Program-made: the position numbers and the translations under genes
The notes under the pieces: generated by a model
What the model saw: only the letters and a program-made list of their open reading frames with translations
Told to the model about the DNA's origin: nothing
The model's database searches: none
Source: Conidiobolus incongruus B7586
Taxonomy: Eukaryota
Assembly (NCBI GenBank): GCA_000697335.1
Contig: JNEM01013595.1
Span: 1-48,637, forward strand
Direction: 5' to 3'
DNA: 48,637 nucleotides
Shown here: positions 35,691 through 48,637 of the stretch, piece after piece
Layout of the letters: the number at the start of each line of letters is the position of its first letter
How positions within the stretch are numbered: position 1 is the first letter of the stretch

Positions 35691-38180
35691 TTATAAAATA
35701 TTTAAACTCTTTAAAAATTCATAGGAACTGGGCTCTCTACCAAGGGACTTCTTGAGGAGTTCCATACCGTCAACACTACCACCTTTCAGAAGCACATTTT
35801 CCCTGAAGTTTCTGCCACCTTGGCCGAGTTGAGATCCCTTGAAGATGGTGTAGTAGATGTCCGTAGCGTACACTAAACTCCAGAGGTAGCCGTAGTAGCC
35901 AGCATCGTAGCCACCCATGAAGTGGCCGATGGTGGCGTGCTGGAAGGTGCCCGCTTGATTGGGGACGAGAGCGACTTCTTCGCGGATCTTATCATAGAGG
36001 GCAGTGGTATCGAGGTTGTTCAAATCGGGTTTGGTGTGGATGGCCATGTCGAAGTAACAGAACAACAATTGGCGTAACCAGAACAAACCAGCAACGGCAT
36101 TCTTGGATCCAACAAGGCATTCAATCACGTCGTCGGGTAATGGTTCGCCAGTTTCATGGTGCTTGGATAATCTTTTGAGAACAGCGGGTTCCCAACACCA
36201 GTTTTCCATCAATTGAGAGGGAGTTTCAACAAAGTCGTGCTCGACATTAGTACCATGGAAACGGCTGTAGTGAGTCTTGGAGCAAATGTGGTGTAAAACA
36301 TGACCCAGTTCGTGGCAGAAAGTGACAACATCATTGTGCTTTAGCAAGCTGGGCTTGGAAGGGCTGGGCTTAGGGAAGTTACAGACCATAGCACCAACTG
36401 AGGGTTGAGATTGGTTGTTGGACCAGGTAGTGCTGGGGGAGCCGAATTGGAGAGGAAATAGAGCAGCGTGGGTGAATTTACCGTCACGAGGAAATAAATC
36501 TATATAGAAATAGCCAATCACATCTTTGTTGGATCTGTCGCTAACTTTGATCAAATCGACATTAGGATCGGCGGGAGGAAGCCAAGATGGATAGTTAGAA
36601 GTGACTTTTTCAAAGCTTAAATCGAATTCTTCTCCAAATAATTCGAAAACATTATCAACGACATGTTGCATAGGGAAATATTTACGAATCTAAATAAAAT
36701 TTATATTAATATATATTTACAAAATTATCTACAATAATCACTTACCAAATCGTGATCAACATTATATTTTTCTTTGAGCCATTGAGCTTTGTAATACTAA
36801 AAAAGTATTTATATTAATTTTGTATTAATTATAGCATTATATAAAAGTTAATTACTTCGATATCCCAAGCAAGGATTTTATCAGCGTTAGGAATTTCTCT
36901 TCTCTTGTATTCTAAAAGAGTTTCTAACTCTTTGTGAGCGAGAGGTGTGAGTTTATTTCTCAAATCATCTAAGAACTGATCATTTTATAAGTAAATCACC
37001 GTATTAAAATTCAATAATAAATACTTACTTCATAGACTTTTTCAGGGGTTTTAGCCATCTTGATAGCCAATTGGAATTCGGAGTGGTTCCTATACCCGAC
37101 AATGTGGGAAGCTTCATCTCTGAGTCTAATGGTCTATAATTATCTAATATTAAAATCAACATCAATATCAATAATTAAAAGGAAATTACATCTTCGAGAA
37201 GAGCGATGTTATCCTTACAGCGAGAGCCGTAAGCGAAGTTAATCTTTCTGCGAGTTTCGGCATTCTTGCACATTTCCATAATAGGGGTACTAAGATCACG
37301 ATAAATAAAACAGCAACATAAAATAATCAATAAACACTTACATTTCGGGAGGTTTCATGGTAACGACGTAAACCTCTTCACCAGTAGCTTCTGACTTCTT
37401 TTTGGTCAAACCTTCCAAAAAGTCTTTGGGGACACCATCCAATTCCTGTTCAGTTAATTCTACGGTAGTTTTGTCTTCGGCAATAGCTAAACTGAACTTG
37501 ATAGAATTTTCAGAAATCTTGGTCAAAATCCCTTTCAACTTTTCCAATTTGTCATTATCTAAATCCAAACCGTTACGCTTGAAATCCAACTGTAATTTGT
37601 TGATAAAGCGTTGGTCCTCATGACCCAGTTTAGTAAGATCAATATTTTTAATGGCATTCTGGACGGATTGGTATAAATCTTTACGCATTCTCGACTCGAT
37701 TTCGAAGGCTTCTAACTTCTGGGTGATGTCGGCACTGGCCTTTCTCACTTCCGCAGAGGTTGAAACATATTGGGGAAAGTAGGATGAGGCGGAGAAGATG
37801 GAGCGGTAAGCTTCAATTTGGGCCAAGGGTTGGATAACGGTATTGAAGTTGGCTTCGGAAGCGGGAACAGCTGCGACTTGGTCGAGAATTTGTTTACTCT
37901 TGTCTAACAATTCATTTCCCAATTGGGTGATTTGGTCGATGTTGAGGCTAAAGTTCAACAAAACATTTTGAACACTGGAATCGGTATTGGACTGAATCAC
38001 ACTGGGGGTCTTTAAAATTTCCATAGCGGTATTCAAGGTAACAATATTACGACTGAATATAGGCCGAAGAGCAAATTTAGTATTTAAATTAACAATATTT
38101 GAGTGATTGAAATTAAATTTTTTGATAGCTGGATGAATACCAGATAAATTTTTAGGGGATAAACGCATCCTTCTTAACAT
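35691..38180 (-). CDS. PRD1: M3A zinc oligopeptidase (saccharolysin/thimet oligopeptidase/neurolysin-like), ~737 aa, 6 exons
   Basis: Exons 38180-37342, 37289-37190, 37133-37029, 36975-36856, 36796-36746 and 36689-35691 are in frame. Motifs FYIDLFPRDGKFTHAA, HELGH (HEXXH), DFVETPSQLMENW and GYDAGYYGYLWS. Confidence 0.95.
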
Positions 38181-38654
38181 ATTTATACCCAATAATAAAA
38201 TAATCTAAATTATGTAAACGTCATCAATTACCACTTTTCCAAGATTCATTGGTTATTTTTATATTACCTAATTATGGTCATAAATTTAACATTGTTTATA
38301 ATCCAACTATGCCCTATATTCCTTTTTTCATTTTTGTCAATCATTCAAAAGTATGGGAATTTCTTGGATGATTATGGTATAATGATTGATTGTTTTGATT
38401 TTATCATAGAACTGAATCCATTCTCATCCTCAATCATTAATGGCTAAAATTTTTAACCCCTTTATTCACATTCATTAAATTTCCAAATGTCAGACAAATT
38501 AGTAAATAAATCATATGATCAAGATCAAAAGTACTAAAGCATCAAATGTAAAATAAATTAAATAATACTCTAGGTTTTAAATGTGAAAATGACTATATAT
38601 ATGTTTATTTAACAATGATAGAACGATAATAATACAGGATTTTGGATAGTATAT

Positions 38655-41390
38655 TTAATATTTACCCCAGATTGGTCGTCCATCAAAATGGGACTTACTT
38701 GAGACACCTTCTGAAAGTCTTCTTGGTGTGGGGTGAATTCTGGAAGTAGCCAACCCATTAGCTGCAGTTCTGGATAAAAATGATGAAGTAGGTCTGTCAC
38801 GCTTTAAAGGATGCTGAGAAGATGAGGATTGAGCTCCATCTTCGGCAACGGTGGTTAGTATGCGTTTCCTGGATAGAGGTGTGGAAGGTGAATCCGAACT
38901 CCTGGATACAGGAGGCTTGGAGAGTAGTGATGGCCTAGAGCGCGCAGTGGTAGGTGTTCTAGGTTGGTTAACTCTAGATGAAGTAGATTGCGATGATGAA
39001 TTACGCAATTCAGTCGATGAGATATATGATTGACGTTTGATATCATATAAATCAACTTTTGGCTTAAAGTTGCCGAATTTTGTAGTAGGTCTTGGTGGTT
39101 CAGACACCCTGGGCTTTGCCTTCTTTTGAGGTGATGGAGCATCAATACGCACTGATTTCTTTGGTGCTGATGGACTCCTGTATGATGCCATTGCTGATGG
39201 TAATGGCCTAGATTTGGGATTGAGCTTGCGGAGCAGTTGATCAGTAGTTGATGGAAGCTTAGACGAAATACTCAATCTTGATGGTGATGATGTGAGAGAA
39301 GCTTGAGATTCAGATGGTTTAGCAATCAGTTGATTAGTTTGAGTAAATACTTCAATTGACTTCATATAGATGGAATTTAAAATTGAAGCATCAATAGACT
39401 GCGATTCACATTTGTTCAAAATATCCTTGAGAGCAAACAGAGATTGACTATTAATTGACATGAATGTAGATAACAATTGATTTGATTGGTCTGAGAGATG
39501 TTTAATATCATGATAGTTGTACTCATGCTTGTTTGCCAAAAATTGCTGTTGAATTAATTTAAGGTCTAACTCGAGTATGGAACGATGTATTAGATCATAT
39601 TTCATAGATGTGTTTCTCAATAAATCATCTAATGATCGCTTTGTCGATGTTTTCTGATTCAATTGAACTGAGTATTGCTTGAGATCTTTCTCCAAACTCA
39701 ATTTTTTGTTCTCCAGTTCAGCTTTAGCATTTTGTACCCCTTTATAGTATGCCTGAAAGCTAGAATTAGAGTCAGAAGGGGCTTGACTATTGAGCCAGGC
39801 TTGTAAAATATGAATGCGTTGATCAATCGATTTCAACTGTGTAGATATTTTGTAAAATTGTTTCTCATTTGTTAGCAGTGTAACAACCATGTTTTTGAAT
39901 TGAACTCTCTTGTCCTCAAAATCTTCATAATGTTTAGATTGGGAGTTATTGGTAGAGAGACGACTTGTTGAACTATTTGTCACAGGTTTTTGAATAAACT
40001 GACTCTGTTCGGATATCTTAGATTTCAACTGACTAATTTCCTTTCTAAGATTCGCTATCACTTGAACATACTGAGAAACATGCATATCTACATTGAGAGA
40101 ATTTTTCGAGATCTGAGTATTGATATTCTTAGCACGATTTGCATAATTCAAAGTGTTCAAAGTCTCCTCATAAAAATTACTTGTTGGGCTAATACAAACG
40201 ATCATTACAGTTCGACAATTACCTCCAAGTGAGAATTTTAATAGTCGTGTGAGTTTTGAATTTCTGTATGGAATGTGCACATTTTTTGATTTGCGACATA
40301 GGGCGTTAATACAATTTCCCAAAGCGAGTAAAGAGCGGTTGATATTTGCACCTTCAACCATGCGTGTACCTCGATTCTGAGTTGCTGAAGCTCTTTCACT
40401 TCCTGCAAGATCAATGAGACTTAGAGTGGCCATTGTGTACTGTGTTGATATATTCGAGGTTTTGGGTCTCTGACGAATGGTAATTTGTAATACTGCATGA
40501 GATCTGGATGAAACTGCATTTGCCAAAGTTGGTGAAATTGCGCGATTTTGATTGCCATGTAGCACCAACTTCATCACTTCGTCCACTGAACTTGGATAGT
40601 GTTGTGATAGTTCAGGTAGTGTAATTCCATCTTTGATGTCTTCGCGCATAATCAAGGGGAATTTTTTGGACCCCTGAGGTACTAACAAATCATATATACA
40701 TTCATTATAAACTTCCAAATAAGAGACAGATATTTCAAATATATTCTCTTCAGAAAGTTCATTAATTTTATCGAAAAGCTCTTGCATTGCCAGATAAATG
40801 ATACCAGGTTGTTCAGGAGTACCACTAAAATGAAATATTGAGTATCTTTGTTTACGAAGATATTGCACTTTGAAATCACCTTATAGTATGAGTTTTACCA
40901 CATCCTGTTGCCTAAATTTGAGATACATTAAAAATGAATAAAATAATCAAAATGAATGAAATATTACACCATAAGCGAATACTGTGGCATTAAAACCTGC
41001 CAAAACACCCTGTATAAGAGGTCGAGTAGTTTCCAAGTAGACTTCCTCTTGGGTTGACTGCTCACCAAACACCCTATCGAAGCAGAACTTTTCGTCTCGA
41101 TGACGTCTGGGAAAGTTATCGCTTTGAAACTGTTTATTAAACGGTTTTGAGGCATACTGGTCCTTGGGAGGATCAAAAATAATCATCCTCTCATTCATAC
41201 AATGCACTAAGCGCTTCAAATAATTTTTATTGTCGTCCTTCTGCGATATGGATAATCTTGCTTTCGACTTGAAGAAGAAGTGATTATCCTCATCAGGTGC
41301 CATTTGTTCCAATTCTACTTGATTCATCGGTCGAACTCGAACCATTACGGTAATTGAAGAGGTACTCAAACTGGAGTTCTTTTCTTCCAT
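38655..41390 (-). CDS. KIP3: Kinesin-8 (Kip3/Klp5/6-like), ~874 aa, 3 exons
   Basis: Exons 41390-40968, 40911-40880 and 40824-38655. The P-loop [11 protein letters not shown], typical of kinesin-8, is split over a 32-nt microexon. Also [42 protein letters not shown], a coiled coil and a basic S/P/R tail. Confidence 0.95.
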
Positions 41391-42223
41391 ATTATTTTAA
41401 AATTATGATTTTAATTGATGGGCTGGTTGAAAGTGATCAATATTGGAATTTGAAGGATAATCGATCGCAAGCACAATTCATCAACTAACTAATTTTTCCA
41501 AGATAAATAATGAGTTTTATACAATATAAAACCCGATTAACAAATTAATTTTTTAAATTATTTTCAATAAATTATAATGTTAATGATATTAAATATGAAT
41601 TATGTTGTTAGTTATTAGGGATGAGATGTAATCATGAGTATTTTCATAACATTAATTCATTTTATGTCAGTTCCAAATTTAAAAAGTTTAGAATTATGGG
41701 ATTATGGATTCTTATTCATCATCCAAAATCAATTATCATTTATTAATTTCTCTCAATTAATAGTAAGATGGAAATAAATATATAAGATTTAATTGAATAT
41801 TTTTGATATAATTTAATAATCTCTATAAAATGTTAATTTAATTAATATTATATATTGATTATATTTTTATTTTATTGTTGAATATTATATTAAAATTTAG
41901 TTTATTGGATAACATTATGTAAATTTTGAAATTAATATTAAAATATATTGATTGAAAGAGAATAAAGAATCAATAAATTTAAATCATATCAAACTAGTTT
42001 GGGTAATATATTTATTTGTTGAGATTATTCTATAAGTGAATTATACATAATCTTTATATTACTAAAAATAATCAATTTATATTCAATTATTTATAATTTT
42101 ATTTAATTTAAAATTCATTATCAAATTTATCATGAAAAAATTCAATATCAATTATTAAAATAATAATACATTTTATTTTCAATATGAAGAAAACAATTGA
42201 AAGAGAAAGAGGGTTAGTAAATT

Positions 42224-44640
42224 TTAAGAATGGGTAGGTGATTGAAGTTTGTGAATAAAATTCACCAAATCTTCGGATTTGATCTGTAGAAAGCTTGGGT
42301 CGAAATGGTCCATTTTTACTCGAGCTTGCGTTTGATTCACAGTTTCTATGAATACCCACCCTAAGGGACTAGATAATGAATTATATTAGTGACAATATGA
42401 ATAAACTTGATTGGAATTGATTTACCTTTGATAGCGATAAATGCTATAGGGAACAAGACCTAATACATTGAATACTTCGCGACTTTCGTCAAGAGATGAT
42501 ATAATTAATGGGTAAGTATTGGATCCCATATAATTTTGCCCATTAATCTGAAGTGCACTCAGCAAAAACTGTCCCAGTGTATAGAGAGTATGATGATGGT
42601 GGAATAGAGGTAATAGGGCGCCATCTTTAATCACAACCAATCTGAATTGTCTCACTGTTCTGATTTCCTGTCGCTGTATCAGGGAAAATGCCTGCGAAAG
42701 TATGAGTTTATGGAAGTAGATGGATAGATCTATCCCAGCACGCGCGAGTGTGATATCCGAGAGTGAATCATAGCATGCCCAAAAACACGTCTTCCACCAG
42801 TGTTCATAGTCTTCCTCATTCAACTTTGATCCATTTGTGGATTTTTTCTTTAATACATCCAACAATATGTGTATATTGGAGTGATCTGTAGTAGGGATAT
42901 TTATCATTGGAAGTTGAGCATCAAGATCTCTAGGTGATGAAATTGGTTGCGATAGTAAGGTGTTTAAACCATATGGCGTCATCTTTAGTAAAGCATTCAT
43001 GGAAGCAACAGCTTCTCCAGCACTTAAAGGAGATTCAAACTCGTTGCCAAAAGCTCTGATGAATGAATCATAAGTCAAATCTGGTAAACCATACAGCGGT
43101 GCGATTTGTTTAAACTGGGACTTTAGATTTTTTTTGAGAGAAAGCTTCATATACGAATAACTCTGCGTGGCTTCATTTAGAGGAATCCCCATTTTGGCTA
43201 GTAAATTCCTCAACTTCCTACGACCACTCTCAGACCATAAACCTAGACGTGTACAGGCATAAGTACTGTGGAAGAGTGATTCATACAGGGTCCAATGACG
43301 ATAATGAGGTAATTTTAGTTCTTCACTGAAATGAATCGATCCTTTAGCTAACTTCTGGGGAGTTGTAGATGTGGAACTTTCTTTTGAGGATGATTTACTG
43401 GTAGATTCCTGAGAAGAATCAATTGAAGAAGTATTTTGGGATGAGCGATTCTGAAGAAATGAATGGGCTGATCTTGAACTGAATGGAAGTGGATATGGGT
43501 TTGAACGCTTTGAAGTGAGACGTTTTGCGAAAGCGCCTTCAGGGGCTTTGAAGTCAGAAGCACTTGGAGCAGATTTGATCTTCAATTTATTCAACTCTTC
43601 GCGAAGCTCTTCAACCATTTCTCTATATACTTTTTCGTCAAAACGATCTAATAAATAATGGTGTGTTATGCCCAATATGGTAAGCCTAAAAATATCGCTT
43701 AATAATAGATATATAGTCAATGAGCAAAAAATTAAAATACCAAAGAATATCATTTGTAACTTGATTCAAAGCTTGGGCTAAATGAAACATGGTGAGAGCA
43801 GTAGCTGTGATGTAAGAACTGCCTTGACTCGCATAATTTTCAACCATTCTAACTGCTCTTTCATAATTATCCTTATCACTTTTAAATTGATCGATCTACT
43901 GATAAATTAATTAAATTGAATTCCCAGTGCCCAATAATACTTACAAATTCATCATCGTTAATGGCTCTAGTATGATCGAGAGTAGGTTCCCCATACTAAA
44001 TATATTAATTATACAATAATATTGATGAATTATTGAATTTACCTCGTAAGTTTCAAAAGCCTCCTTCAATTGTGACCCCAAATATTTATCCTTTTCAGCA
44101 ACAACGTGAATCTAAATATTATTAATAGGTGTTTAAAATCAAACTATAGTTGATATTTACACTCATACAACCATAAACATTACTCAAATTCAAAGGTCGC
44201 ATACAGTCAAATAAATAAACGTCGAAACCTTCGAGAGGTTCCCATTCTGCTCTCAAATCTACAAGTCCACCGCAATTAATTAGGATTACTGATCGAAACT
44301 AAATTCAATAGTTAACTATTGAAAATATATTTAAAGTATAATAATATTTACCGTATGACCAGGAGCCAAATATTTTTCTCTAATAAGATGAACGTCCTGA
44401 TACCCTGAAATAGGTTCAATTTGAAAGGTCAAAGAATCATTTTCGAATAAAGTCTAACAAATTTTAATCAATATATTTATAAAATGAAATTTATAATCTT
44501 TATACTTTTAAAATTTTAGCACTACAAATAGCGTCAATATCATTAGCCACAAGGATTAGAGTACTACACTTCCAGCTACCACTATTTGCCAGTAGCTGGT
44601 TGTAGATATCTTTTAATCGGTTGGTTTTTATTAACACCAT
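42224..44640 (-). CDS. CDC45: DNA replication initiation factor Cdc45 (~684 aa, 8 exons)
   Basis: Exons 44640-44506, 44453-44352, 44298-44161, 44111-44043, 43995-43945, 43895-43741, 43685-42426 and 42368-42224 are in frame. Motifs DIDAICSAKIL, LINCGG, LWLTILGIT, YRHWTLYES, LLAKMGIPL, FWACYDSL and C-terminal ARVKMDHFD. Confidence 0.94.
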
Positions 44641-44829
44641 ATTATTTTATTATTTTTATTGATTATTATTAAAAATGAAATGTTTTTGATTTAATATATG
44701 TATATAATATTTTTTAATATTGTTTAAATATAAAAAAGTAAAACTTAAAAAAAAATCTAATACTTCATACTAATTTCATTTTGATCATAATAAATATTTT
44801 AATATCTCTTTTCATTTCTGGTCATTTAA

Positions 44830-44932
44830 CACGAAATGTCAATAGGTCAGTTTGATTGGTTCATTCTTTGAGTTTAATTTTATTCATTTTTTACTTCGTG
44901 ATGATTGGTTAAATAATAAGCATTTTTATTGG
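44830..44932 (-). promoter_or_regulatory. Putative CDC45 cell-cycle promoter: SCB-like sites plus three CCAAT boxes
   Basis: CACGAAA 44830-44836 (+), CACGAAG 44900-44894 (-), and CCAAT on the CDC45 strand at 44855-59, 44904-08 and 44928-32. Confidence 0.4.
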
Positions 44933-46016
44933 ATAATAAAAGTTAAGAATTTTTGTTAGTTTTGAAAATTATAGTGAATATAAGATGCAATTCCAGACAA
45001 GATTAATTGATGTTATTTTATAACTCTAAAGAAATATCCAATGAACTCAATTTTATATTATTTCCTATTTTAATATTATTAAACATAGCTTATAATAATA
45101 TTTCAAGATAAAATTCAATAGAAATTACCTTATCATATTGGTTCACTAATAATTTATATTTTGAATTTTTGAAAATTAATTTATTCTAGAAAATTTAACC
45201 AAATATACAATTTAGTAATTGTTATATATTGTGGATCAACATTAGTTTGATTATTTTTATTATTATTATTTTTAATCAAAATAAATATTCCTTTTCTTAA
45301 TGTAATTTGCGATAGTAATTCATATATACTTGAATTACTGGTCCTGGTTTATTATATTAGGATATGTTTTTCTAAGATTTAAAATATCAAATTAATTTAA
45401 AATTGTTATAAATATTGTTAGAATTTGATTTAATTTAGAAACACTACTTTGATTTTAAAAATTTGTTAACAAAATTAGAGTATTTATAATTAAAATACTA
45501 TAATTAAAAATTTTCTATTCTTTGTTGAAATTTCTTTTAAAACAAAGTAATGATTAAGATTTCATTCATAGATTAAATACTACAAAATATATGTCATAAA
45601 TTTATTGTTATTAACCTTCTGAATTCTAATACAAAAAAATTAAAGTAAGTAATAAATTTTATAATTGATATATATTTAAATGATAAATCAAGATTGATTT
45701 CGATCAGTTATTAATTTTAATCTAATATTTCATATCAGATAAATATCAAATGTGTACTATATGTTTTAGTGATAAATTGTATTATAATTATTATGAATAA
45801 AAAATCAATTCAATTGAGTATAAATCAATTTCAGCATTATTTTGATAAAATAATTAATTAAAGTATATTATATTATTCAGTAAAAATAATTTCAATAAAC
45901 TTTTATTAACATTTCATAAAAATCACTCCCATAAATGAAAATTTCAATTAATTAAAATTTAATAAATCAAACTCATTTCCAGTCCCAGACAAACTCGAAA
46001 AAATCTTGCGTCAAAC

Positions 46017-47227
46017 ATGGCATTAACCAAATCAACTACCAAATTATTACATAATAAAATACCAATCCCAATGTTAGGATGTAATTCAATAATAATTAAT
46101 GCTAATAATTAATATTAATTTTCTCATTAGTTGGAACTTATCAAATGAAAGATCAAAAGGTATTAAATCATGCAATTAAAGTAGCTGTTAAGAGTGGATA
46201 CAGATTAATAGGTAAATTAATATCAAAAAAACTTGGACATATTTATATAACTTATACGAGCTCAAAGATACTGCTACAGTTTATCGCAACGAAGAAATAA
46301 TTGGAAATACTTTGAAAGAAATTTTTAATAGTGACGAATTTGGTGATATTAAAAGGGAGGATTTATTTATTACTAGTAAATTGGGTAATTTTTTTATAAT
46401 TTTTATATTGTGGTTATTTTTAATTTTATGATTTAGCTCCTGCTGATCAAGGATTTGAATCTTGTTATAATGGTAACTTATTACAGTTTAGATTTTCCCA
46501 ATTTTTAATGTTATTTTTAGCTGTATTAAAATCTTTGGAAAAGTTGCAATTGGATTATATTGATTGCTATTTGATCCATTGGCCAGGGTACAATATATCC
46601 ATTATTCAGTTCCTTAATCATCTAATATTTCATAACATAGAACATCCAAATTACGTCTCGATGATACTCGTAACACCACCAATCGAATGGAAAGCTGGAG
46701 AGCTTTAGAAAAACTCTATGAGGAGGGAAAACTAAAGAGTATTGGTGTTTCCAATTATCAAGTTGTACATTTAGAGCAATTAATCAAAGAATGCAAGATC
46801 AAACCCCACGTTATTCAGAATGAAATGCATCCATGCTACTTCCAGCCCGATGTCCTCAGCTACTGCCATGAGCACAATATCTTCTTCCAAGCGTACTCTT
46901 CCCTCGGTACCGGTAGTTTGGTCAATGAGAAAGCATATCGCCAACTTTTAGAATCTCTAGCCCAGAAATATAATGCAACTGTCGCCCAACTACTGTTGCG
47001 CTGGGGCTTGCAAAAGGGAGTAGGTGTAATTCCCAAATCATCTCGCGAAGAAAGAATTAAAGAGAATTGCGAACTATATCACTTTGAAATTTCTAAAGAG
47101 GTAATTTTTTGCAATATATCATTTAATTATCAGTTATTTATTATAAGTTTAGGATATGAATGAACTAGATAAATTTAACGATGAAAAGCAAAATAAATTC
47201 TGCTGGGATTCGGTTGAAGTCATATAA
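46017..47227 (+). CDS. Aldo-keto reductase (NADPH-dependent, AKR5/AKR1-like), 7 exons
   Basis: Exons 46017-46080, 46131-46211, 46268-46384, 46437-46472, 46521-46587, 46641-47100 and 47153-47227. Motifs PMLGFGT, GYRLIDTATVYRNE, REDLFITSKL, YLIHWPG, SIGVSNY and VIPKS. Catalytic D/Y/K/H tetrad is intact. Confidence 0.95.
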
Positions 47228-48142
47228 TTTTTAACAATAAACTTCCTACTCGGCAAAATTTTTGATATAATAATATATTCGAGTAATCCATAATAAATTG
47301 CAAAATATGATCACAAGTAATGAATTCAATTACTATTGTAATCAAGTTTAATTTGAAGATTTTTTTTGATAACTTTTCATCATATTCTTCTAGATTATAT
47401 CTTTTTTAATTTGAAATTTAATTATAACAAAAATAAATTCAGATTATAAAATTTTGCTAGTTTTAATGAATTAAATTTTAGTTGTTGAATAATAGATACT
47501 GTATATTTTAAATGAAGTATTATTTTTTGAAATTTAAAAAACTATAATATATTTTCATTATATGTCAATTAGTAATTTTGTCTATTTTAAATATAACTTA
47601 AGCTATATTATTATTTTTATACACAATATATTAAGAAAAAAAATAATTTGTTTTCTTATTTATAGTGTTAAAATATTTATTTTAATTAAAATTTAAAATT
47701 GGCTAATAAATAAAAATTTAATATCTAATATCCCTTATATAACAATTACAATAATATATATTTTGAATAATCACCTTGAATCAAAATAAAATAAACTTAT
47801 TAATTTATATCAATTTAAATATAACATAACTAAATGCTTATTTATATAATGAATTATTTTTATATTTAAATAATATTACTTTTTTAAAATTAAATTCAAT
47901 GTTAATTATAAAAATTAATATATATTATATAATTAATATATTCATTTATATTAATAATTTTTTATTATATTTTTAATTAAGTTTTAATATTTAAAAGTAA
48001 ACCTTTTTATTAAAAAATAAAATTTTATATTTTGCTAATTAAAATAAATTATTTATAGGAATTATTTTATAAAAATAATTTTTAATTAATAAAAACAATT
48101 ATAATTATATAAATGATAAATTGGTGAATATATTAATTCTAA

Positions 48143-48337
48143 TGCCACAGATCAATAACGATTCCCAGAATTCCCATAAATCGCAACGCGACTCACTTCC
48201 CTATAAATAGTTAGACAATATACCCTTCTACAGGGTGGTGGACTTTAGTGTAGTCAGTCTGTTGATAAACCTTTCTTTGGTTTCAGCTTCCTATGCACCC
48301 TGACTCTGCTTAATTAGTCCAACAAATATAGTAGCCA
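48143..48337 (+). mobile_element. Solo-LTR-like family B, better-preserved copy (~195 bp)
   Basis: TG...CA GC-rich island with internal TATAAATA (48202-48209). Flanks TCTAA/TCCAG differ only by transitions. Homologous to 1908-2101. Confidence 0.7.
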
Positions 48338-48637
48338 TCCAGTATATCTAATAAATTTTATCAATTATATTTTAATAGTTTTTAAAGTTTAAATATAAAA
48401 TAATTTATAACTATTTTATTTTAAAATTACCAATTAAAAATAATTTAAAAAATATATAAAATTTATTATTAATTAATTTTTTTTATAATCAATAAAAAAA
48501 TACATATAAAAGTTTAATATAATATATAATATTTATTTAAAAATTGATTAATAATTAAAATTTATAAAAAATTAATATAATTTTAATAGTTTTTTGTTTT
48601 AATAATTAATTATATTAAAATAATAATAATAAATTAA

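Noticed and set aside
1..48637. CRISPR arrays, tRNA, rRNA, intact transposase/RT ORFs, telomeric repeats
   Set aside because: None recognised by eye. tRNAscan-SE and Rfam would be needed to exclude intron-containing tRNAs or snoRNAs.

Overview
Eukaryotic, very AT-rich fungal-type genomic DNA with short (~45-60 nt) GT-AG introns. An early-diverging fungus is my inference from gene style, not something shown. Nine protein-coding loci and one pseudogene can be built by hand: a small 4-TM MARVEL-like protein, CLASP/STU1, NOB1, an orphan secreted acidic protein, an intact class-3 lipase, an M3 oligopeptidase (PRD1/thimet-type), kinesin-8 (KIP3), CDC45, an aldo-keto reductase, and a lipase pseudogene paralogous to the intact lipase. 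The AT-rich intergenic blocks hold several TG...CA-bounded solo-LTR-like repeats, including a 5-copy family, decaying by C>T/G>A transitions. The most unusual signals are: (1) a ~280-bp non-coding inverted repeat pair (7921-8199 / 11125-11401) whose terminal GNRA hairpin shows compensatory base changes, suggesting an undescribed structured RNA or element end; (2) two independent inverted repeat pairs, each with a 160-190 bp near-identical core inside more diverged flanks, suggesting conversion or inversion activity; (3) CDC45 with a DCMRP motif and a CAG/TAG 'poison' tandem acceptor. A perfect Tn5/Nextera mosaic end at 2364-2382 marks a probable assembly artefact.
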